IMG/VR virus record: IMGVR_UViG_3300027996_002186
Coordinates: 62,001-126,000 of that record
Strand: one strand, 5' to 3'
DNA: 64,000 bases
Below, piece after piece: positions 39,912 through 48,079 of this stretch (the stretch's first letter is position 1; every line of letters starts with the position of its first letter). The notes under the pieces are model-generated. The model was not told where the DNA came from, searched no databases, and saw only the letters and a list, made by a program, of their open reading frames with translations. The translations under genes were made by a program, and so were the position numbers.

Positions 39912-40101
39912 AACCCTCATCATGTAACCTACTATCTGATAGATTTTTCACAACAATACACTTTTCATATTCTTCATCATTCTCAAATGAAATTAGAACT
40001 CTTTCTAATAAAACTTCTGAATAAGGCTTTAAGTCCTTATCATAAGGTTTACCTGATATAATTCTATTATAAATTTTGTTATTATCTATTATCTTAAACA
40101 T
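39901..40101 (-). CDS. Small protein with UVR (UvrB/C)-like motif
   Basis: FENDEEYEKCIVVKNL. Confidence 0.45.
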   Translation of the reverse strand: MFKIIDNNKIYNRIISGKPYDKDLKPYSEVLLERVLISFENDEEYEKCIVVKNLSDSRLHDEGFNL

Positions 40102-41215
40102 CGTCTTTTTTATTAGTGTAGTTTTCTTTATAAATTTTAATTACTTCATCATACTCGTTTAATATACCATCCTTGAACTTACCATTATCATAGGTTTGTT
40201 TAAGTATGTACTCTTTTACATAGTCTTCGTAGTCTAGTTGTATAGATATATCTAAAGTCTCTTCATCCAATTCTATGATATCATCCTCACTTTTTTCTGT
40301 TATTAATGAAACATCATCTATATACTCAACAGATGCGAAATTACTACTTTCTAATATAACTTCCAATTTTCTTCTCAATTTTCTATTACTCATAAGTAAT
40401 GAATTTGATATAGCTATATCAACATAATCTTTGGTGTTTTTTATCTCATCAAGACTCTCAACATCATCCTCATTTTCTACACGAACTTTCTTAAAACTAG
40501 GTGAATAAGTGTTGTGTATAAATGAAATTTCATCAGTATCTAAATCCAACATTGTTATGCCTTTTTGGTCACCATAGTCATTTCTATCCATTTGATATAA
40601 ACTACCAATAAACATAAAGTTTTTATTTTCTTGTCTTATATGTATGTGTCCAGAGAAAACATTCTTATATCCTTTGAATTCTTCAACATCAATCTTATCA
40701 CCATTTCTATGAGCTATTGAATTTAGGTGCATCTGACACCCATTTAAGTCTGAGTGACACAATAAGTAGTCTCCAGGACTTATACTTATTTGATCAATCA
40801 TATCTCTTCGTCTTTCAATCCAAGGCATTAGAACGAGTTTTTGACCTCCCAATTCTAATGTTGTTGTTTCTTCATACACTTGAATATCTTTATTCATATA
40901 TCCGAATAATCTAACTGAATTAACTTCATTACTACCTTTATTCCATAAATCGTGGTTACCCACCATTATATGTAATGGTAATATATCAGACATTTCTTTA
41001 AGAATTTTCTCTACTTTGTTAATAACAATAATAGGTAAACTATTTCTATTATCAAATAGATCACCTAAATGTATTAGTACATCACCTTCTTTAGCATTTT
41101 CTTTTAGATAAGGTATAACAAAATCATAAAACGTTGATTCCATCATATTTAACCACTTATCTAAATTATTAAGATAGATACCAAAGTGTGTATCTGTTAT
41201 CATGAATACTCTCAT
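40094..41215 (-). CDS. Recombination endonuclease subunit (T4 gp47 / SbcD / Mre11-like)
   Basis: DTHFG, GDLFD, GNHD and SGHIH metallophosphoesterase motifs. Confidence 0.9.
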   Translation of the reverse strand: MRVFMITDTHFGIYLNNLDKWLNMMESTFYDFVIPYLKENAKEGDVLIHLGDLFDNRNSLPIIVINKVEKILKEMSDILPLHIMVGNHDLWNKGSNEVNSVRLFGYMNKDIQVYEETTTLELGGQKLVLMPWIERRRDMIDQISISPGDYLLCHSDLNGCQMHLNSIAHRNGDKIDVEEFKGYKNVFSGHIHIRQENKNFMFIGSLYQMDRNDYGDQKGITMLDLDTDEISFIHNTYSPSFKKVRVENEDDVESLDEIKNTKDYVDIAISNSLLMSNRKLRRKLEVILESSNFASVEYIDDVSLITEKSEDDIIELDEETLDISIQLDYEDYVKEYILKQTYDNGKFKDGILNEYDEVIKIYKENYTNKKDDV

Positions 41216-41262
41216 ATAAAAACATTTCTTTTTTAATTATATGAATATTTAATATATAGTTT

Positions 41263-41421
41263 ATGAAATATATTAAGACTTTTGAATCTTTCTATATTGG
41301 ATGTTGGATGATATTGGACGGTCACCATAGGTTATTGAAAGATATTAATAATGGTATTGTTAATATAAAGGATAGAATTTTGGACTTAAAAAGTTTTTTA
41401 TCAAAAAATGATTTTTGGTAA
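41263..41421 (+). pseudogene. Tagged mini-ORF containing a ParB/Srx-like motif
   Basis: MKYIKTFESF...WMILDGHHRLLK..., 52 aa; TAATATATA at 41250. Confidence 0.45.
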
Positions 41422-41510
41422 TTTATATATACTAATAGAGAAAGGAGAGATTATAATATATAAATTATAATTTAACCAAAACAAATTAATTAAAAAATAA
41501 TAAAAAGATA

Positions 41511-42131
41511 ATGGGATTACCACACTTTACACAAGTAATAAATTCAGGATCACCAGGTGGACCAGGAACCTTACCGGATGAGGTTGTATATTTAAACCTT
41601 TTTGAAATAACTTTTATTTTACCAGTTATTTTACAAGCACAGGGAAGAGACCCAATTTTATTGCTACAAAACGCAACTAAGGTTGATTTAAACTTAACAG
41701 AGTTTGATTCTAGTACTGTACAACAAAGATTTAAATACTCAACTAGAGAGTTTATAACTACACCAACTAAAACTAGTGGTACTATAGCTATACCGATTCA
41801 AGTTAACGTAAATCAACAAGGTTCTATGGAGACTTGGAACACTATGAAATCTTGGTACGATTTAATGTTTAATTCACAAAATGGTGCATTACACTATAAA
41901 AGTGATATGATTGGTACTATTATAGTTAATCAGCATGATAAGAAAGGTGTTGTTTTAAGAAGAGTAACATTTCAGAATTGTCAGATAACAAAATTAGGTG
42001 GATATTCACTCGATTGGTCATCTAATAATATATTAACTGAAGCATCAGCAGATTTTGTTTATGATTACTTTATTGATGAGTATATAGATCAAAACTTTAC
42101 AATTAATCCTCCTTTAGTAACAGGATATTAA
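41511..42131 (+). CDS. Tail tube protein (gp19-like)
   Basis: NLFEITF, W...N...G..YK, LDW...FVYDY patterns; close to the sheath gene. Confidence 0.75.
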   Translation: MGLPHFTQVINSGSPGGPGTLPDEVVYLNLFEITFILPVILQAQGRDPILLLQNATKVDLNLTEFDSSTVQQRFKYSTREFITTPTKTSGTIAIPIQVNVNQQGSMETWNTMKSWYDLMFNSQNGALHYKSDMIGTIIVNQHDKKGVVLRRVTFQNCQITKLGGYSLDWSSNNILTEASADFVYDYFIDEYIDQNFTINPPLVTGY

Positions 42132-42153
42132 AATTAAGATTAATAAGAATAAT

Positions 42154-42188
42154 AAAAAAACCCACTCAAAATTTGAGTGGGTTTTTTT
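42154..42188. terminator. Bidirectional terminator
   Basis: A7-CCCACTCAAA-a-TTTGAGTGGG-T7 between convergent genes. Confidence 0.85.
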
Positions 42189-42221
42189 ATTATTGTCTAT
42201 CCCCAATAGGTCGCCTAGTAT

Positions 42222-42473
42222 TTATAATTTCGGCATTTTCATGTTTTTTGTCATATCAGAAGCACTTTTCATCATAGAATTTGCATCGAAGTTTCCTTGT
42301 TGTCCATCTTCTTGTTTCTTCTGATTAGAATCTTCTTCTTCAAGAATTTCATTTACTAACTTAACATTTTCTTCAAATAACCAATAAGGCCAATTGTCCA
42401 TAGCTAATTCTTGTGTATGGAAATGTTTCTGTAATAATAACTTATTCTTTAAGATATGCTTCAAAGGCATCAT
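42222..42473 (-). CDS. Baseplate/tail assembly chaperone, small partner
   Basis: MDNWPYW...VNEILEEE pattern typical of the small ORF that follows gp26-like genes; overlaps the upstream gene in the +1 frame. Confidence 0.5.
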   Translation of the reverse strand: MMPLKHILKNKLLLQKHFHTQELAMDNWPYWLFEENVKLVNEILEEEDSNQKKQEDGQQGNFDANSMMKSASDMTKNMKMPKL

Positions 42474-43392
42474 GAATAACGAAAATACCTGAGGCTCCGT
42501 TGGGAAACGTCATATCTGTGAGGACCTCCATTCCACACTCACCACATGATTTTTTAAGTTCCTTTATTCCAAATGTCATTTTACCAATTGCTGCGTTTAA
42601 GAATTGAAATGAAATATCATCCATATCTTCAAAATCTACAAGTTTAGATTTTATACCATCATATGATATGCTAGTTCTACCAGCTAACATAAATGGTATT
42701 ATCTTCAAGAAAGCTAGATTAGGAGTTTTCTTTTCATTATTTTCTTTTATGATATAATCAGTAAAAGCTTTTTGTAAACCAATATTAGGTGGTGAAATTT
42801 CATAGTCTTTACCATTAACTGTTTTGAACTGGTATGTTTTTGTTGATAGATTTAAGAACTTAGATAAGTTCTCATCAACTTCGTGATAATTAAAACTATC
42901 TCTTTTCAATTCAACCTGAAATTCACTACCACATCCACATCTTGCTGGTATAGCTAAGCTATTTCCTTGTTGAAATGTTAATTCTCTTATTAAGAATACA
43001 AGATATAATCTATCTTGGTCTTTAATTTCTAAATAAGATCCTACCTTACCATCTGTGTATTTAATCCTAACACATGATTGTAACATATCATTCATCTTCT
43101 CAACAATATCATAGAAGTTATTATCATCAACCATTGAGTATGCTTGTATTTCTCTAACTTGAGCTGGTCTTACCATAAAAAGAGTACCTGTTGGGTAAAA
43201 CTCACCACAAGGTAATTCTTTAACATCAAAATTAAAGTATTGTAAATCATCAACTCTTGATCCTGATTTATTTTCTGAAATAAATGGTGTGTCAGTACTA
43301 GCTGACGCTGCCTCTTTACCAACTTCCAAGTCTGTTAAGTGTCTTTTTAAGTAGTCCTCTTCGGACATCTTATCTTGTTTTTTATCTGACAT
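42442..43392 (-). CDS. Baseplate hub / tail assembly chaperone (gp26-like)
   Basis: LPCGEFY, DRLYLVFLIRELT and two CxC/CxxC Zn pairs; directly downstream of the sheath gene. Confidence 0.6.
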   Translation of the reverse strand: MSDKKQDKMSEEDYLKRHLTDLEVGKEAASASTDTPFISENKSGSRVDDLQYFNFDVKELPCGEFYPTGTLFMVRPAQVREIQAYSMVDDNNFYDIVEKMNDMLQSCVRIKYTDGKVGSYLEIKDQDRLYLVFLIRELTFQQGNSLAIPARCGCGSEFQVELKRDSFNYHEVDENLSKFLNLSTKTYQFKTVNGKDYEISPPNIGLQKAFTDYIIKENNEKKTPNLAFLKIIPFMLAGRTSISYDGIKSKLVDFEDMDDISFQFLNAAIGKMTFGIKELKKSCGECGMEVLTDMTFPNGASGIFVIHDAFEAYLKE

Positions 43393-43479
43393 AAAATTAT
43401 CTTTATTTTTTAATTATATATTCTATATAACTCTTCCTCTATTATAAATAATAATATACACTTTGTTTAGTTTAAAATG

Positions 43480-43508
43480 AAAAAACCCTCGAAATTCGAG
43501 GGTTTTTT
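43480..43508 (-). terminator. Terminator after the tail sheath gene
   Basis: A6-CCCTCGAA-a-TTCGAGGG-T6. Confidence 0.8.
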
Positions 43509-43525
43509 AATTTATTTTGATATTT

Positions 43526-46500
43526 TTATGAGTTTTGAAACCCACCCGCGTTAATAGCTCCTGTTCTAAGTATAGTAATGTTGTTAACAATTATACCCAT
43601 ACCTTTGATTGGTTCTACATAAGTATCAATAACACCAATTTGGTTATCAATAATTTCAGATGTGTTATTCTCTTCATCCATTTTGTTAAAGAAGTTGTAT
43701 AAACCATTCTTACTTACATAAGTTTCACAAATAACATCTGCTCTAAGTTTAATTTCTGCTCTTACATCAGGAGTGTTAAACTTCCATTGGTAGTCTAATA
43801 ACATTCTTGATAATTCTCTTTCAAGTTCAATAAGTACTTCTCTTACGTGTATGTAAGAAAGAGCTGATTTATAAAGAGTTTGAGCTGTATTCTCAGTTTC
43901 AATTTGGTAACCTCTATTTCTCTTGAATACAATTGGATTCATTTGAGCTTGATTCAAGTATTCGATGTCTTCTTGTGTGAAGTCCATTTCTATACCAGAA
44001 GTGTTAGTAATCTTACCATTTGTTACACCAGCTGCTATTGTCCAAGGAGTAACAGATGTTATATTAGAAATATGCTTTCTCATATAAGTTGTTGCTACAA
44101 AGGATGCAGGTGGGAATTCTAATGGTCTACCATTATCATTCACCGTAACATAAGGTGTGAAATAACCAACAGTAGTTGTACCTGCTCCATCACCGAATGA
44201 GTAAAGGAATGCTGGGTTACTTTCTGGGTCACCTCCACTTGCTACATATTTAACTTGTAATGTACCTTCTGAATTAACAAATGATGGAGAAGATGAATTT
44301 TTGAACGATCTAAGTGATGGCATATTTAAGAAACCAAAGGCATCTAATCTATCACCACATATATCAACTAATTGTTGTTTTGATCTTTCGGTTAATCCTA
44401 ATCCAAATGAGTCAATTAAATATCTAAAGTCTAATGCTTCTTTGTTAATTAAAGCTTTGAACATTGGAGTTCCTTTAGCTACTAAGTTAAGTACTTGATT
44501 TTGTTTATCTTCTGTTCCATCAGGTAAAGAAGCTTGTCTAACCTTGAATCCTTTCATAGTGATAGCTTTGTATGTTGTCGCATATTGGTCAACTGATACA
44601 TATCTCATTGTTTGTACATCACCATTAAAAACATAAGTAGCTATTCTAGAATCACAAGATATTTCAGTTAAACTAGCATCACCTACATATTGTCTCTTAC
44701 TAAGAATTCTTGTTAATCTTCTTGGTACTTCACCAACTGCAAGAGTTGTAGGGTCATAATAAGCTTCTAAGAAATCACCAACTTTTATTTCGGTGTATCT
44801 AGAACCATCTATTAATATCTTATTTGGTATTTGAATATATCCAGTAGGTAATTCTACTTCAACTGTTTGTTTGAAGTTTGTTTTACCTGATTGTATATAA
44901 AATGTGTTATTAGCTTGTATATCAACTGCTTCAGTTGCTAGTAATAACTCATCCATAAATTGAACATTCAATACGCCATCGTTATCAAGATATAATTTAA
45001 GGTAGTGTCTTCTAGAAGAATAGTTATAAACTATACTCTGTGAGAATAAAGTTTCAGTCTCTACTTCCTCAGTTACTTGATAAGCGTAGAATGTACCGCC
45101 TAGAATACCATATCCTAATTTTACAGCCAATTCATTTGGAGTATCTCCTGGCTCTACTGAGTTTCCTACTATTGTAAATGTTCCTTTATTTACTTTCGAA
45201 GTAGGGAACAATAATTGCTCAAATGTTTGTAAATCAATTTCATCAGAGAAGGACGCGACACTTGAATCAAATACGATATAATCATATCCAGCGTATGATG
45301 AAGTAGCTGATGTAGCATTTTCACCATCGATAAATGATATATCAACTGTTGTTCCAAGAACATTAGTAGCACTCGCACTATTATCAACATAAAGTCTATT
45401 ATCATAAAAGAAATCTTTTGTGTTAATAACACCATCATAGTATTTACCATAAAGGTTAGAGTATTTAGCTACTACCCCAGAAGCTGGTGTCGAGACTAAA
45501 TCAGTTGTTGTTACTTCGTCAGTACCTAATATAAACTCATTATCTTCTGTATAGAATACTAATAAACCATCAGTTATTACATTTACTAATTCAACTGTTG
45601 TTAATCCAGTATTTAATGTGAATGATTTATTTTCTAATGTAGAAGTAACAATATCAGTTATAGTCATTAATCCCAAACTAACTTTAGTCATTGAATTATC
45701 CAATAACATAGTCATTTTATTTTTATTAGGACTATCAATCAGATTAACCAATCTGTTATACATTTTGAATCTTCTATATTGTTCGTAGTTTTTAACATCT
45801 GATTTTGTATTAGTTCCTAAAAATTCAATTTTTAATGAACCACTTCCTAAATCAGTTATTGAATAATCGGTACCTAATCTAAAATCAAGGTAATCGAATG
45901 TCCCGCTATCACCAACTGTTACATCAGTTACTCCACTCGATATGGCTGTTACGCTATCAATTGAACCTTGATAGACAGTAAAATCTATATACCCAAGTAT
46001 AATATCACTTGTGTTAACCGATGGGTTAACATTAGGAGTTAAGCTATTTACTAATACAACCTCACCAGTAGCGTCTAATACAAATGTTGATGTATAAGAT
46101 GCTGTTGAGCTTGTATATGTATAATCACTAGCACTTATAGTAAGTGATGTAGTTCCTGATACCGGAATATGAGTATCACCTATTACTGCGAATGCGTTTG
46201 TTCCAGTAACATACTCTATTACTAAAGATGCTGATGATCCTGTTATTGGTGTAGATCTAGTAACATTATAAACAGACCCTTCACCGAAAAATCCAGTTCT
46301 ATTATTACCATTCTCCAATATTCCACTTGATAATGGTCCAATAGAACCATTTATCGGACCATCAAATGCATGTGATGCTTGACTTCCGTATGCTGAATAT
46401 GTTCCTAACATAGCAGTTACGTTACCTGGTAAATCAAGAGGTGTATTTGTCATCACCACTGATTCTGCGATTGTTTCCTTATATGATAAGAATTCAATAT

Positions 46501-47458
46501 CAGTTTCGTTAACACCAACTAATGTATTACCTAATAAATCAAGTAATCCTGTATAATAATCTTGTTCAACTAAATCATTGTTAAATGAACAAAATAGCCC
46601 AGTTGAATCTGTATCTCTGTTTATTGATGTTTCAATAAATATATTTCTTCCGTTTAAGTCTCTGAAATAAGGTATTAAAGATAAACCTTCGTAATAAGAA
46701 AGTAAAGTGACATTTCTATCATTAGCAAAATTACTAACTTGGTCTTTTACTAAACCAGAAGCGTTGAAATATTCACTCCATCTTGGATCAACTGCTAATT
46801 CTTGATAGTTTGACCAGTCTCCAGCAATAACAACAACATCAATTAAGTAATCTGATGCAAAATCATTAGCATTTACATAAGTTGGCATTTTCTCAACAGA
46901 ACCATACCATTCTAGTAATGTTCTATCAAAACCATTTAGTTGAGATTTGAACACAAAAGTAGTTATAGGCTTATCCGATAAATTAGTAAGATTAAATGCT
47001 CTTTCAGTATATCCTGTGTTATTTTTTGTTAAGTTGATAAATGATTCGGTATCTCTTTTCCAGAAACCTGTTGTATCAAACATTCTTCTATAAGGTCCTT
47101 CTCTCTTTATATCATTCTTGTATTCAGCAGAAGCAGATAGTGATTTATATTCAATCACATCTAAGTTATCATCTGTTAATAACAAGTTCATAGCATATAT
47201 AGGAGCAGTCTCTAACATTTTAGCAATCGTTCTGTGGAAGAAAGAACCTTTTCTTTCTAAATTACGATCTAATTGTCCAAAGATAGCTTCTAAATCTGTT
47301 ATATTAGTTAGTCTAATCGGTGTGTTAACAGGTCCTTTTCTGGATACACCCATCACAAGATTGGTAATCCCTTCAACAGTTGGACTGCTGATTACAGACG
47401 CGTCAAATTCTTCGATGAAGATTCCTGGTCTTTTGTATTTTCCAATTTGAATTGCCAT
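43526..47458 (-). CDS. Tail sheath protein (gp18-like) with a large central insertion
   Basis: N-terminal PGIFIEEFD...GPVNTP; C-terminal AGVTNG, MNPI, LSYIHVREVL, FNTP, ENNTSEIIDN, VEPIK; 1310 aa. Confidence 0.9.
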   Translation of the reverse strand: MAIQIGKYKRPGIFIEEFDASVISSPTVEGITNLVMGVSRKGPVNTPIRLTNITDLEAIFGQLDRNLERKGSFFHRTIAKMLETAPIYAMNLLLTDDNLDVIEYKSLSASAEYKNDIKREGPYRRMFDTTGFWKRDTESFINLTKNNTGYTERAFNLTNLSDKPITTFVFKSQLNGFDRTLLEWYGSVEKMPTYVNANDFASDYLIDVVVIAGDWSNYQELAVDPRWSEYFNASGLVKDQVSNFANDRNVTLLSYYEGLSLIPYFRDLNGRNIFIETSINRDTDSTGLFCSFNNDLVEQDYYTGLLDLLGNTLVGVNETDIEFLSYKETIAESVVMTNTPLDLPGNVTAMLGTYSAYGSQASHAFDGPINGSIGPLSSGILENGNNRTGFFGEGSVYNVTRSTPITGSSASLVIEYVTGTNAFAVIGDTHIPVSGTTSLTISASDYTYTSSTASYTSTFVLDATGEVVLVNSLTPNVNPSVNTSDIILGYIDFTVYQGSIDSVTAISSGVTDVTVGDSGTFDYLDFRLGTDYSITDLGSGSLKIEFLGTNTKSDVKNYEQYRRFKMYNRLVNLIDSPNKNKMTMLLDNSMTKVSLGLMTITDIVTSTLENKSFTLNTGLTTVELVNVITDGLLVFYTEDNEFILGTDEVTTTDLVSTPASGVVAKYSNLYGKYYDGVINTKDFFYDNRLYVDNSASATNVLGTTVDISFIDGENATSATSSYAGYDYIVFDSSVASFSDEIDLQTFEQLLFPTSKVNKGTFTIVGNSVEPGDTPNELAVKLGYGILGGTFYAYQVTEEVETETLFSQSIVYNYSSRRHYLKLYLDNDGVLNVQFMDELLLATEAVDIQANNTFYIQSGKTNFKQTVEVELPTGYIQIPNKILIDGSRYTEIKVGDFLEAYYDPTTLAVGEVPRRLTRILSKRQYVGDASLTEISCDSRIATYVFNGDVQTMRYVSVDQYATTYKAITMKGFKVRQASLPDGTEDKQNQVLNLVAKGTPMFKALINKEALDFRYLIDSFGLGLTERSKQQLVDICGDRLDAFGFLNMPSLRSFKNSSSPSFVNSEGTLQVKYVASGGDPESNPAFLYSFGDGAGTTTVGYFTPYVTVNDNGRPLEFPPASFVATTYMRKHISNITSVTPWTIAAGVTNGKITNTSGIEMDFTQEDIEYLNQAQMNPIVFKRNRGYQIETENTAQTLYKSALSYIHVREVLIELERELSRMLLDYQWKFNTPDVRAEIKLRADVICETYVSKNGLYNFFNKMDEENNTSEIIDNQIGVIDTYVEPIKGMGIIVNNITILRTGAINAGGFQNS

Positions 47459-47518
47459 AGTATTATCTTTAATTTTTTGATTTAGTATATATATAAAAAG
47501 TAAAAAATGGTATTTTTT

Positions 47519-48079
47519 CTATTTTTGCTCTTGAGATGAGAGATTTTTTACATGATCCCTCATATCTTGCTCCATTTTAACCATTTTTTCTTTGTGGTCT
47601 TTTTCTTTTCCTACTAAATCTTGTTGTATTTCACTTATTTTGCTGGATCTTTCGGACATTCTATTTTTAATATCACTTATTTTGAATTCAACAGCTTTTT
47701 TTGTTTCACTATCCTCTGATAAACCAAGAGATTGTTGTAAATCATCTAATTTTATTTTATCATTTGAATTATCATCTTGTGATTTATTTATATCCTTTTC
47801 TAACTTAGCTAAGTGTGCATATTCTACTAGAAAGGGATTTCTATCCTTTCCGCTCTGAACATCTGTCTCACCTAGTATCTTTTCTAGCTCTGGTTTGATA
47901 TCAGCGCCTTCTTTAGAATATAATGCATCGATTTGTGATTTCTTAGTCTTATAGTCTTTCATATTAGACATAATAGTATTCATCTTCTCTTTAGACATAA
48001 CAACGTCTGGAGTATCAGTATCTCCTATCTCAAATTCATCAGCTTCTAGAAATAATTTATACTTTTTTAGATATTTCAT
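47519..48079 (-). CDS. Coiled-coil protein, putative internal head protein
   Basis: MKYLKKYKLFLE tag. Confidence 0.55.
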   Translation of the reverse strand: MKYLKKYKLFLEADEFEIGDTDTPDVVMSKEKMNTIMSNMKDYKTKKSQIDALYSKEGADIKPELEKILGETDVQSGKDRNPFLVEYAHLAKLEKDINKSQDDNSNDKIKLDDLQQSLGLSEDSETKKAVEFKISDIKNRMSERSSKISEIQQDLVGKEKDHKEKMVKMEQDMRDHVKNLSSQEQK

